Part shown: positions 27,407 through 37,086 of the stretch, in pieces
How the letters are laid out: each line of letters starts with the position of its first letter
How positions within the stretch are numbered: position 1 is the first letter of the stretch
DNA from: Longimicrobiales bacterium
GTDB lineage: Bacteria > Gemmatimonadota > Gemmatimonadetes > Longimicrobiales > Gaopeijiaceae
Length of the DNA: 64,000 bases
Assembly (NCBI GenBank): GCA_041690395.1
Contig: JAWLHJ010000007.1
Coordinates: 96,001 to 160,000 of the forward strand
Direction of reading: 5' to 3'
Program-made: the position numbers and the translations under genes
The notes under the pieces: model-generated
Databases searched by the model: none
Told to the model about the DNA's origin: nothing
The model's input: the letters and a program-made list of their open reading frames with translations, nothing else

Positions 27407-27592
27407 GGGTGGCGTAAACTCGCACAACGGCACCCCCTAGGATGGTCGGTTGGCGACTTGACCGCCATATGTGGCGGGAAGGTGACTCCTCAGTGAACGG
27501 CGTCTGCGCGCCTGCGCGATTGGACGCCGCATATGGCGAAGAGCCGACATCGCCCCAAAGGGCCGCACACGAATGCAGGGTTTTCACCGCCG
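27407..27592. repeat. Long imperfect nested inverted-repeat element
   Basis: Arms 27463-27476 and 27525-27538 pair at 13/14; 27441-27451 pairs with 27542-27551; 27408-27424 pairs loosely with 27574-27592. Confidence 0.6.
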
Positions 27593-27760
27593 TGGAGGTG
27601 GAGGATGCCGGCGCGGTGGAGGGCGAGCCGGCGAGGCGAGCCAGCGCAGTGCTCCCCACTCCCGGTGCGGGCCGGGCGCCGGCAACGGTGGTGCCGCGAC
27701 GACGAAGCGTAGCAGCGCTACGGTGAGGTGTGGGCCGGCGCCATCCCTGCTCGCCGACCC

Positions 27761-30700
27761 TCAGCGCCCTCCCGGCCGCCGGTACCGCACCGGCGGCGCC
27801 GGCTCCACCTGCAGCAACTCCACGCCTTCCGTCTCCAGCAGCCGGAGTGCTTCCTCGACCGCCCGCTCGAGCTGCGGATCGCCCCCGGCGATGACCGGGG
27901 CCGGGTCGTTGCGGACCTCGATGTCCGGCGCGACGCCCGTCGCCTCCACGGCCCACTCTCCGTCCACGTCGATGAACCCGCCGCGAGGCGCCACGAACCC
28001 GCCGCCGTCGATGAGCGGCGGGGTGTCCCACGTGCCGACCAGGCCGCCCCAGGTGGTCGTGCCCACGAGCGGGCCCACGCCCTTGAACCGGAAGAGATAA
28101 GGCAGGAGATCGCCGCCCGACCCGGCGCGCTCGTTCATGACCATCACCTTCGGCCCCCACAGCCCGGCCATCGGCTGGGTCCAGGGCTTCCGGTCGCCGG
28201 CGCGCGAGTTGAAGTATCCGGTAAGCTCCCGCGCCATCACGTCGACGATGTAGTCCGCGGCCGAGCCGCCGCCGTTGTTCCGCTCGTCGATGACGGCGCC
28301 CTCGCGGTCCTGCTGCGCGAAGTACATGCGGTTGAAGTAGTCGTAGCCGCCCTGGCCGGTGTTCGGGAGCCACACGTAGGCCAGCCGACCGCCACTCATC
28401 TCGTCGACCCGGCGTTGGTTCTCGGCGACCCAGGCCCACCTGCGGATGCCCGACTCGCTCTCGACGGGCTCGACGTGGACCGTGCGCGCGTCGGCACCGC
28501 CGGGCGTCGACGCTACGGTCACCGTGATGGTCCGCCCCGCGGTCCCCTCGAGGAGACGGAACGGGTTCGCCGGCGCAGCGAGCGGCTGCCCGTCGATGGC
28601 GACGAGCCAATCTCCTTCGGCGACGCCGAGGCCCGGCAGCGACAGTGGTCCGTGCTCGCCGGGGGTCCAGTCCTCCCCGCTGTAGATGCGGGTGATGCGG
28701 TACGCTTCGTCCTCTTCCTCGAGGTCGATACCGAGGAGGCCCGTACGCGGGCTGTCGAGGTCGGGATAATCGCCCCCACGCACGTACGAGTGCCCAACGG
28801 CGATCTCACCCGACATCATGTCGAGGAGATGATTGAAGTCCGAGCGGTGCTCCACGTCCGGCAGCCAGGCCGAGTACCAGTCCCACACGTCGTCCCAGGG
28901 GGCGCCGTGTTGGTTGTCGACGTAGAGGAAGTCGCGCATGAAGCGCCAGCCGTCACGGAGCATCTGGGCCCACTCGGCCTCGGGCTCCACGAGCACGCGC
29001 ATATCGCCCAGCGCGAGCCCACCATCGTCGTCGGATGGCGCATCGTCGGTCTCCACGATGCGCCAGCTGCTTCCGCTCCTGAGCAGGATCCTCGAGCGGT
29101 CGTGCGACACGGCGGTGCGCACCACCTCGGTGGCGAACTCCTCGGCTTCCCGGTCTTCGAGCACGTACTTGTGGAGGGTCGCGCCGTCGTCGCCGGCTTC
29201 GAGCACGAAGACCGAGCCGGCCGGGCCGGGCTCGAGCCCCGTGTAGTCGCGGAGCGGGAGGCCGGGCGCGTCCACGATGCGGCGGGCGATGCCGTCGAAG
29301 TCGATGCGGACCGGGGGCGGCGGATCCTGACTCCCGGCCTGATCGGCGTCCGCACCTGCGCCCGAACCGGCGCCCCCGCCGCTCGCCTCATCGTCGCTGG
29401 CTCCGCCCCTTCCGCCCGCAGCACGCTCGGCACCCTCCTCGTCACTCGTGGGCAGGAACGGGGAAGGGGTGTCCTCCGCGAGGAGCGCGACGTACAGCGC
29501 CCGGGTCACGGGCCGGTCGTACGAGCTCATGTCGAGCCAGCCGGTATTCAGCCCGTAATCCGTCGACGCGAGGAAGTAGAGGTAGTCGCCGCTCTCGTCC
29601 CACACCGGGTCGATGGCGTCGGCCATACCGTCGGTGAGCTCGCGGGTCTCGCCGCTCTCAGTGTCGTGCACCACGATCATCCGGAGCTGGGTGTCGAGGC
29701 GCCGCGCGTACGCGATCCAGCGGGAGTCGGGCGACCAGACCGGATTCATCGTACGCTGCGGGTGCGCGTACCGGTCGGTGTCCACATGGGTGACGTCCCC
29801 CGACTCGGCGTCCAGCACGAGCACGCGGTAGTGCGTGTCGGTGAACGCCAGCTTCGAGCCGTCGGGCGACCACTCGGGCACGAAGTAGAACGACGGGTCG
29901 TCGATGGCGATGCGGTGCGCGTTGGCGCCGTCCTGGTCCGCGATGACGAGCCCGTACTCGCCGTCCTGGTCGTTGAACCAGGCGACACGGCTTCCGTCCG
30001 GCGACCAGACCGGGTGTCGGTCGGCCACGCCTGGCGAGCGCGTCAGGTTGCGCCACGACCCTTCCTCGGCGGGTACGCTGAAGATCTCACCCCGCCACTC
30101 GAAGAGCGCGCGGGCGCCGGTCGGGGAGAGGCGGGCGTCACGAAGCTGCGTCGGCGGGACGTCCTCCCACCGCGGCCGGGCCCAGTTCTGGTCGCGCGCG
30201 GCCCGGACCTCGAGCTGACGGCTCGCGCCCGTCGCCGGGTCCAGCTCGTGGAGATAACCGGCCTGCTCGTAGACCAGCACGCCGTCTCCCGCTCCGAGAC
30301 TCTTCACGTCGAAGTCCGCGTGGCGGGTGAGCTGCCGCTCCTGCCCGGTCGCCGGATCGAACTCCCAGACGTTGGCCGCCCAGTCCCGCTCCGACATGTA
30401 GTAGATCCTACCGTCCATCCATACGGGTGCGAGATGTCGCTCGCCCTCCCACGGCGCGGTGGTCCGCTCCCAGGTCGCCGTCGAGACGATGGCCGCCGGC
30501 TGCGCCTGGCCTCCTCGGTAGTTGCGCCACTCCGGGTCCCAGAGCCCGATCTCCTGGTACGTGATCCAGTCGCCGTCCTCGCTCATCTCGCCCTCGTACG
30601 CCTGGGGCAGGGCGAGCGGCTCGGGGAGTCCGCCGGTCACCGGGACCGTGTAGAAGCGCCAGAGCATGGTGGGCACGCCGTCGCGTCCGGACCGGAACAG

Positions 30701-31120
30701 GACCCGCCCGTCCGGCGTCCATCCCTGGACCGCGTCCTCGCCCGGATGCCAGGTGAGCCGCTCGGGCTGGCCGCCGGTGGCCGCCACGACGTAGACGTCG
30801 GCGTTCCCGCCGTACTCGCCCGTGAACGCGATCCACCGGCCGTCGGGGCTGAAGTGCGGATCGGTCTCGGCTCCCTCCGAGCTCGTGAGGCGGAGCGCGT
30901 CGCCGCCGTCCCGACCCACGGTCCAGACATCGTTGGCGTGGACGAACGCGATCCTCTCGGCGCTCACGTCGGGCTGGCGGAGGAAGCGGGTGCCCTGGGC
31001 GGCGACGTCGGCGGTCGTCAGCGCGGCGGCCGAGCCGGCGAGGACGAGTGTCGTGAACAGTCGGGCCAGGGTCGGCGTCGCGGCACGGGGCGTCGACGGG
31101 CTTCGGGGGGCGGCGGACAT
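27761..31120 (-). CDS. Tricorn-like S41 peptidase (beta-propellers, PDZ, S41)
   Basis: Signal peptide; PD40-type repeats (FSPDGRWIAF, WSPDG); DERNNGGG; catalytic AGSGGD; TWGGLVG; GVAPD; SD GAGGAG. Confidence 0.93.
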   Translation of the reverse strand: MSAAPRSPSTPRAATPTLARLFTTLVLAGSAAALTTADVAAQGTRFLRQPDVSAERIAFVHANDVWTVGRDGGDALRLTSSEGAETDPHFSPDGRWIAFTGEYGGNADVYVVAATGGQPERLTWHPGEDAVQGWTPDGRVLFRSGRDGVPTMLWRFYTVPVTGGLPEPLALPQAYEGEMSEDGDWITYQEIGLWDPEWRNYRGGQAQPAAIVSTATWERTTAPWEGERHLAPVWMDGRIYYMSERDWAANVWEFDPATGQERQLTRHADFDVKSLGAGDGVLVYEQAGYLHELDPATGASRQLEVRAARDQNWARPRWEDVPPTQLRDARLSPTGARALFEWRGEIFSVPAEEGSWRNLTRSPGVADRHPVWSPDGSRVAWFNDQDGEYGLVIADQDGANAHRIAIDDPSFYFVPEWSPDGSKLAFTDTHYRVLVLDAESGDVTHVDTDRYAHPQRTMNPVWSPDSRWIAYARRLDTQLRMIVVHDTESGETRELTDGMADAIDPVWDESGDYLYFLASTDYGLNTGWLDMSSYDRPVTRALYVALLAEDTPSPFLPTSDEEGAERAAGGRGGASDDEASGGGAGSGAGADADQAGSQDPPPPVRIDFDGIARRIVDAPGLPLRDYTGLEPGPAGSVFVLEAGDDGATLHKYVLEDREAEEFATEVVRTAVSHDRSRILLRSGSSWRIVETDDAPSDDDGGLALGDMRVLVEPEAEWAQMLRDGWRFMRDFLYVDNQHGAPWDDVWDWYSAWLPDVEHRSDFNHLLDMMSGEIAVGHSYVRGGDYPDLDSPRTGLLGIDLEEEDEAYRITRIYSGEDWTPGEHGPLSLPGLGVAEGDWLVAIDGQPLAAPANPFRLLEGTAGRTITVTVASTPGGADARTVHVEPVESESGIRRWAWVAENQRRVDEMSGGRLAYVWLPNTGQGGYDYFNRMYFAQQDREGAVIDERNNGGGSAADYIVDVMARELTGYFNSRAGDRKPWTQPMAGLWGPKVMVMNERAGSGGDLLPYLFRFKGVGPLVGTTTWGGLVGTWDTPPLIDGGGFVAPRGGFIDVDGEWAVEATGVAPDIEVRNDPAPVIAGGDPQLERAVEEALRLLETEGVELLQVEPAPPVRYRRPGGR

Positions 31121-31178
31121 CGGAGGCACTCCTCGGGCGGGTAGGACCGAACCTCCGCCAGACTAAGGAGGCCGCGCG

Positions 31179-31742
31179 CTACTCGCCAGCGAACTTGGCG
31201 AGCATCCTCCGTAGGGTGTTCAGGTTGCGCATGGTGTTCGGCCCGTCGCCGAGGGCGCCGTTCAGCTCACTGAGCGTGATCGGAGCGTCGGACAGCCCGC
31301 CGCGCCGGAGCCAGATGGCCTCCGTGCCGTCGACCAGGAACCGGTCGTCGTCACCTTCGAGCGCGGCGAGGGCGTCGCGCGCACCCTCCGTGGGCGTCTC
31401 GCGCAGGAAGATCGCGTGAGCGTTGAAGCCTCGGTCCGCCGCGTCTGTGATCGACCGGAGCCCCGAGACCCGGGCCAGATCGCGGAACGCACGTACGAAG
31501 ACATGGGTGCTGAAGCCGAGCGCGTCCTCTAGATGCCGCTCGAGGAGGGGCTCGAGCGCTCGTGCGTCGGCGTCCGCGTGGTCGAACACGATGTTTCCGC
31601 TCGCGATGAACGTGGCCACGCCGTCCAGCCCGAAATCCTCGAAATGGCGCCGCAGCTCGTCCATCTTCAGCCGACGCTTCCCGAGGTTGATCCCGCTCAG
31701 GAACGCGGCGTGACGATGGGGGTGCGCGTCGTTGGTGGTCAT
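31179..31742 (-). CDS. DUF1697 family protein
   Basis: AFLSGINLGKRRLKMDELR...VATFIASGNIVF...TMRNLNTL; ATGA overlap with the AEC gene. Confidence 0.85.
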   Translation of the reverse strand: MTTNDAHPHRHAAFLSGINLGKRRLKMDELRRHFEDFGLDGVATFIASGNIVFDHADADARALEPLLERHLEDALGFSTHVFVRAFRDLARVSGLRSITDAADRGFNAHAIFLRETPTEGARDALAALEGDDDRFLVDGTEAIWLRRGGLSDAPITLSELNGALGDGPNTMRNLNTLRRMLAKFAGE

Positions 31743-32674
31743 GCCCCCAAGAGGACGAGCAGCGCCGACACCGTCAACACTGCGAACACGGACGTCCAGA
31801 GCACCGTCCGCGCGGCCACCCGCGGAGCGGCCTGGTATCGCTCGGCGAACAGGTAGGTGTTCACCGCCGTGGGCATAGCGGCCAGCATGACGGCGACCGA
31901 CATCCAGAGACCGTCGAGTCCAAGGATCGGCACGGCCACGAGCCACACGAGCGCGGGGTGCACGACGAGCTTGAGGACGGTCAGCAGGAAGGCCGGCGCC
32001 CGGTCTCCCCGCGAAGGGGTCGCCACGAGGGAAGCGCCCATCGCGAAGAGGGCCGTCGGCACCGCGGCGTCACCCATGAGCTCGACGATCCGGTCGACGC
32101 CGGCGGGGAGCACGATGCCGGACAGATTGACCAGGAAGCCGGCCAGGAGCCCGATCACGATCGGGTTCTTGAGCACCGCGCCACCGACTTCGCGGAGCTG
32201 CTCTCCCCAGGATACGCCGTCGCCGCGGCCGGCGTGGATCAGGGCGACCGTGAGCGGCATGAACAGGATCGAGTGGAAGCCGATGATGAGGAACATCGGG
32301 AGGGACGCTTCCGGACCGAACGCCGTCAGGATGACGGGCACGCCGAGCAGCACGAGGTTGGCGAACGCCCCCGACATGCCGAAGATGGCCTGGTCGGCGA
32401 GGTCGCGGCCGAAGACGAAGCGCCCGGCGAGCATGCCGAGCAGATAGGTTGCACCGCTGCCCACGTAGAACGCGATCAGGAATCCCCAGGCGACGTCGTC
32501 GGGGAGCTCGATGGCGACGAGCCCGCCGAAGAGCAGGATGGGGATGGCGAAGTTGAAGACGAAGAGCACGAGCCCGCGCACGCTGGGCCCGTCGAGCACG
32601 CGGAACCGGGCGGCGGCGAAGCCGAGCGCCATGATTCCGAAGACCGGGGCGACGGTGGAGAGGAGGATGCTCAC
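31739..32674 (-). CDS. AEC family (auxin efflux carrier/malate permease-like) transporter
   Basis: FANLVLLGVPV, KNPIVIG, AAVPTALFAMG, KLVVHP, AMPTAVNTY; about 10 TM segments. Confidence 0.9.
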   Translation of the reverse strand: MSILLSTVAPVFGIMALGFAAARFRVLDGPSVRGLVLFVFNFAIPILLFGGLVAIELPDDVAWGFLIAFYVGSGATYLLGMLAGRFVFGRDLADQAIFGMSGAFANLVLLGVPVILTAFGPEASLPMFLIIGFHSILFMPLTVALIHAGRGDGVSWGEQLREVGGAVLKNPIVIGLLAGFLVNLSGIVLPAGVDRIVELMGDAAVPTALFAMGASLVATPSRGDRAPAFLLTVLKLVVHPALVWLVAVPILGLDGLWMSVAVMLAAMPTAVNTYLFAERYQAAPRVAARTVLWTSVFAVLTVSALLVLLGA

Positions 32675-32790
32675 GGGCGCGTGGGTTCGCGGGACGGGGC
32701 GGGGTGGGGGCTCGCGGAAAACACACGGGTCGCGCGGACGGCGTCAAGCCGGGGCGGCCCGCAGCCACGAAGAGATCTGCGAGGAGAGAG

Positions 32791-33357
32791 ATGTCGAGGT
32801 CGAGCGAAGGAGCCGGCGACGGGGGTGGGGCGGGTACGTCCGGGGACAGCGAGCGGATCTTCGAGGGCGTGAAGTTCGCCGTCGAGCGCCGACAGGTCCC
32901 GACGCGGGACGGCGGAACCGCGATGCGTGAGGTCGTGGTCCATCCGGGCGCGGTGGTCGTGCTCCCGATTCTGGACGACGGGCGGATCGTGATGATCCGG
33001 AACCACCGCTTCGCCGTGGACGAGACGCTCTGGGAGCTCTGCGCGGGCACCCTCGAGCCGGGGGAGGAGCCGGCGGTCACGGCCGGCCGCGAGCTCGTGG
33101 AGGAGACCGGCTACTCGGCCGCCAGCATCGAGCCGCTCACGAACTTCTACACCTCGCCGGGCATCTGCGACGAGAAGATGTACGCCTATCTGGCGCGGGG
33201 TCTCACCGAGGTGGGCCAGCAGCTCGAGGCGACCGAGCAGATCGAGGTGGAGCTCCTCACCCACGAGGAGGTCATCCGGCTGGTCGAGGAAGGGCAGGTG
33301 AGGGACGGTAAGACCATCGCCACGCTGCTGTACTACGGGGCGTTCCGGGCTTCGTAG
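32791..33357 (+). CDS. Nudix hydrolase, ADP-ribose pyrophosphatase-like
   Basis: Nudix box GTLEPGEEPAVTAGRELVEETGY; REVVVHPGAV; SPG; DGKT. Confidence 0.9.
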   Translation: MSRSSEGAGDGGGAGTSGDSERIFEGVKFAVERRQVPTRDGGTAMREVVVHPGAVVVLPILDDGRIVMIRNHRFAVDETLWELCAGTLEPGEEPAVTAGRELVEETGYSAASIEPLTNFYTSPGICDEKMYAYLARGLTEVGQQLEATEQIEVELLTHEEVIRLVEEGQVRDGKTIATLLYYGAFRAS

Positions 33358-33360
33358 CGG

Positions 33361-34515
33361 CTACCCTCCCGCGGCCACCCTCACGCCGCCGGAATAGGAC
33401 GCCGGGTACGCGAAGAAGTCGGCGACCCGGTCGTCCGGATCCTCCGCCACCCCGCTAGGCGGCTCAGCGCCGTCGAACACACGGACGTGGGCGAGTCCGG
33501 TGGCCGCGCCTGCCACCACGTCGGCTCGGCCGTCGCCGTCGACGTCTCCCGAGGCCACGCTCACGCCGCCCTCATAGGACAACGCGAACGCAAAGAAATT
33601 GGCCAGCAGCCCGTCGTCCTCGATAACGCCCGTGGTCGCCTGCGCCGCCTCGGACTCCACGACCCGGACGTGGGCCGTCCCGGTGGCTGCGCCCACCACC
33701 ACGTCGGCCATCCCGTCGCCGTCCACATCGCCCGCGGCGACGTTGATGCCGCCACTGTAGGTCAGGGCGAACGCGAAGAAGTTGGCCAGGAACCCGCTAT
33801 CCACCACGCCCTCGGCCGCCATGGCCGCACGGCCCTCGATGACCCGCACGTGGGCCGCCCCGGACGCCGCACCGGTCACGACGTCGTCCCGGCCGTCGCC
33901 GTTCACGTCCCCCGACGCCACGACCACGCCACCGGAATAGGTCGCCGGGAACGCGAAGAAGTCAGCCAGGATCGCGTCGCCGCTCACCTCACCGGAGGTC
34001 GGAGCCGATGCCCCGTCCACCACCCTTACGTGCGCGAGACCGGTGGCGGCGCCCACGATGATGTCCGCCCGGCCGTCATCGTCCAGATCGCCGGTCGCGA
34101 CGGTCACGCCGCCGGTATACCCCGTGCTGAAGGCGATGAAATCCGCCAGGATGTCGTCGCCGGACACCTCGTTCGCTACCGTCCGGGTGCCGTCGATCAC
34201 CCGCACGCGTGCGACCCCGCTCGAGGCGCCGATCACCACGTCGTCCACTCCGTCGCCGTTCACGTCCCCGAGCGCCACGCTGACGCCTCCGCCGTACCCC
34301 GACGAGAACCCGAGGTAGGACTGCACCTCCGTCCCGGACTTGTCGAAGAGCGCCAACCGCGTCGAGCCCGACCGAGGTCCCGTCAGAATCGCGGCAACCG
34401 GGTCCGGCTCCTGCGGCGCGAGTCCGAGCGGCACGTCGGCGTCGCCACACCCCGCCGTGACGACCGCGAGGGAGACAGCGAGTAAGGTGGGCGTACGACG
34501 GGTGGTGCATCGCAT
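33361..34515 (-). CDS. FG-GAP repeat (integrin-alpha-like propeller) lipoprotein
   Basis: Lipobox VTAGC; five YxGGVxVAxGDVxGDGxxDVVxGA repeats plus a partial sixth; start uncertain. Confidence 0.82.
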   Translation of the reverse strand: MRCTTRRTPTLLAVSLAVVTAGCGDADVPLGLAPQEPDPVAAILTGPRSGSTRLALFDKSGTEVQSYLGFSSGYGGGVSVALGDVNGDGVDDVVIGASSGVARVRVIDGTRTVANEVSGDDILADFIAFSTGYTGGVTVATGDLDDDGRADIIVGAATGLAHVRVVDGASAPTSGEVSGDAILADFFAFPATYSGGVVVASGDVNGDGRDDVVTGAASGAAHVRVIEGRAAMAAEGVVDSGFLANFFAFALTYSGGINVAAGDVDGDGMADVVVGAATGTAHVRVVESEAAQATTGVIEDDGLLANFFAFALSYEGGVSVASGDVDGDGRADVVAGAATGLAHVRVFDGAEPPSGVAEDPDDRVADFFAYPASYSGGVRVAAGG

Positions 34516-34684
34516 AGAGGGGCTCCGGGCCACGGTCGGGATGAAGGTGGGATGGGCAGACGGGCCCTGGGATGGATCCAACGTGTGAGCGTTCGGTCAG
34601 GCCCCGCAAGCTTCTTGTGTAGCAGCGCGTGACGGACGCTCCCGCTCCACTTGCAGATAGGCGACCACGCCGTAAACTGGTTGG

Positions 34685-35959
34685 ATGCTCCCGCGCATAG
34701 CCTCTCACCTGGGTGCCCTTCTCTGTGCCTCGTTCCTGCTGTCGTGCGGTCCGCCACCGTCGATAGCTGCCGGCGCTGACGACCTGTCGGCGCTTCGGGC
34801 ACGAGTGCAACGTAGCCACGCCGATGTCGAGGCCACGCTTCGACTCGCTTCCGGGCTATGGAGACAGAACGACCGAGCCGCTGCGGCCGATCTCCTGGCA
34901 ACCGCCGTCGAGCGTGTCCCGGGCGAACCCGTTTATGTCGCGGCGCTCGGCGTCGCTCTCGAGGGCTCGGAGCGATACATGGAGGCGCGCGCTCGATACA
35001 TCGATTTCTTGCAGGGAACGCCCAGCTCGGACCTCGCCGGCATCGTGGCCCAACGGGTGGACTACCTGGGCGGTAGGACGGCGGAGGGCCTCGTCGCGGA
35101 GGTCATGCGAAGTGGAAGGCCCCTCGCGCACGGTTTCGACCCACGTATCGTGGTGGCAGTGCTCCCGTTCGAAGCTCCAGCGGGGAGCGGCCTACCTGCA
35201 TTGGGGGCGACGGAGCTACTCGTCGCACAACTGCGAACGGCCGAGGGCCCACTTCGGTTTCTGGACTGGGAATTGGGTGCGGCCGCGCAGGCCGCGATCG
35301 GTGGGGCGAGCGGTTTACCCGCGGAACGTGCCGATTCGTTGATGAGTCTCCTGGGCGCCCAGCACGTGGCCACCGCCACACTCTCGGAGAACGGCGCCGA
35401 CGGGCTCACGGTGCGGTTGAGAGTGCTGCACAGGGTGAGTGGGGATAGCCCGGAGAGCGTTGAGGATTCGATCTCCACGACGCGCGAGGCGTACGCCAGC
35501 GAGACGACGCTCGTGGCGCGGAGGATTTGGGAGATGTTGGCTCGACTCGAGTCCGGGACCGGAGAGGATTGGATCGCCGAGGCACCGGACATCGGCCTGC
35601 CGGCGCTCTCGGCACTCGACGAGGGCCTGCGAGCGAGTGAGCGAGGCGAGTCCCGCGAAGCGTTCGAGCGGTTGGCGGAGGCTCGTCGTCTGGCTCCTCA
35701 CGTGGACGCGGTGGTAGCCCGCGCAGCCCAGGAGGAATCCCTGATGTCCGTGCGCGATGCAGCCTCCCTCCCCATCGGAGACGCGTTGCTCGATTTCGCG
35801 CGGACTCGCGCCGCCATGGCGGCTCTTTGGGGATATGCCGAGGAGACTGGAATCGAACGTCTGGCCGGACCCCGCGGGGGAACGGGTGAGGTGTTCGGTC
35901 TCGACCGCCTGGGTAGCCAGGTCTTCGTGGATCTCGTGTTCCGGTCGGATCAGCCGTGA
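34685..35959 (+). CDS. TPR-containing lipoprotein with a CsgG/TolB-N-like central domain
   Basis: Lipobox LLSC; TPR-like helices at both ends; VVAVLPFEA strand motif. Confidence 0.6.
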   Translation: MLPRIASHLGALLCASFLLSCGPPPSIAAGADDLSALRARVQRSHADVEATLRLASGLWRQNDRAAAADLLATAVERVPGEPVYVAALGVALEGSERYMEARARYIDFLQGTPSSDLAGIVAQRVDYLGGRTAEGLVAEVMRSGRPLAHGFDPRIVVAVLPFEAPAGSGLPALGATELLVAQLRTAEGPLRFLDWELGAAAQAAIGGASGLPAERADSLMSLLGAQHVATATLSENGADGLTVRLRVLHRVSGDSPESVEDSISTTREAYASETTLVARRIWEMLARLESGTGEDWIAEAPDIGLPALSALDEGLRASERGESREAFERLAEARRLAPHVDAVVARAAQEESLMSVRDAASLPIGDALLDFARTRAAMAALWGYAEETGIERLAGPRGGTGEVFGLDRLGSQVFVDLVFRSDQP

Positions 35960-37086
35960 CGCCGCGCGGACTTCTCAGTGTCCTCGTTTTGCTTTCGCTC
36001 ACCGCGACGACCACATCGGGTCAAGAAGCCCTCGTCCACGGCCGAACCCAGACGTTCCGTTTCGCGGAGCCGGGCGGCGTCGGTCTCCGCAACGTCTCCG
36101 TGGCGGGGCTGTTCGCATCCGTCCGCAGCCCCATCACAAGCTGGTTGACGCTCGGAGGTCACGCCCACCGGGGCCGCGCGTCCATGGATGCATCCGGCGC
36201 CAGCGCCTCACGCCTTTCGGGGACCGTGCAGACGGGAGCCTTCGCCCAGCTCTCCCTGGGTGGCGTCGAGCTTCGGACGGCGTACTCCGGTGGCTCCGGG
36301 ACGCCGGGTCTCTCCACCGCCCAGGAAGTCCTCGCCGGCGTCTCGGCGACGGATCTCCTTCCGCTCCCCGTCCGGAGTTGGAGCGCGCCCGATGGCTGGG
36401 ACGTCGACGTCATTCTGCCGATTCGGCGGGTACGGTACGACCTCACCGTCGAGGGAGGCATCCGGCGCACCGGGACGGTCCAGCCGTTCGCAGCCGACCC
36501 GTTGGAGTACGACTTCGGGGACGAACGGCACGCAGGCATCCGGGTGGGGTGGAACTTCACAGCCCTCACCCGCGCGGAACTCGGTGCGGTTTTCAGGGAC
36601 TACGGAACGGACGAAACGGGGGAGGCCGGCGCATTCGAGCCCGGGAGTCGGACCGTCCTGACCTTGGCCCTCGGCTTCCCGGTGCGCCGTGCCGGCGCAC
36701 TCGTCCGTGCATACCTCTACGAACGGTCGGCTGGCAGCCCGCTGGGAGAACCGTCCTGGGATCCGACACTGGTGGGCGCGGTCGACGCACCGGCTCGGAG
36801 ATTGTGGGGTGGCACGGTGGAAGCCCGCGCGCCCCTGGGTCCGGTTCCCATCGTTCTGGGCCTGGAGGGGCGAAGATCCATCATCGAAGATGGCAAAGGG
36901 TCGGGAACCCTGCTGTCTCTCGCCGTCGGCAGCGAGGTAGCCCCCCGCGGACCCTGGCCCGGCTCGCTCCTCGTAGAGCCCCGTGCCTTCGTTCATCGGG
37001 GTCGTGCGAATTCGGGGGACGGCTACTCGTCCGGTATGACCGGGTGGGGCCTCTCGCTCCGGCTGCGGTGGGACGCCCCTCGGTGA
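35956..37086 (+). CDS. Putative outer-membrane beta-barrel protein
   Basis: Signal peptide; alternating amphipathic strands; terminal strand GWGLSLRLRW; GTGA overlap. Confidence 0.55.
   Translation: MTPRGLLSVLVLLSLTATTTSGQEALVHGRTQTFRFAEPGGVGLRNVSVAGLFASVRSPITSWLTLGGHAHRGRASMDASGASASRLSGTVQTGAFAQLSLGGVELRTAYSGGSGTPGLSTAQEVLAGVSATDLLPLPVRSWSAPDGWDVDVILPIRRVRYDLTVEGGIRRTGTVQPFAADPLEYDFGDERHAGIRVGWNFTALTRAELGAVFRDYGTDETGEAGAFEPGSRTVLTLALGFPVRRAGALVRAYLYERSAGSPLGEPSWDPTLVGAVDAPARRLWGGTVEARAPLGPVPIVLGLEGRRSIIEDGKGSGTLLSLAVGSEVAPRGPWPGSLLVEPRAFVHRGRANSGDGYSSGMTGWGLSLRLRWDAPR

Noticed and set aside
27728..31144. 1138-aa ORF on the + strand
   Set aside because: Antisense shadow of the tricorn-like protease; no motifs, and long shadow ORFs are expected in GC-rich DNA
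33400..34320. DNA repeats with a period of about 180 bp
   Set aside because: Explained by FG-GAP protein repeats
35757..37085. N-terminal half of the 943-aa ORF
   Set aside because: Off-frame overlap with the barrel gene; the lipobox and TGATG coupling place the start at 37086
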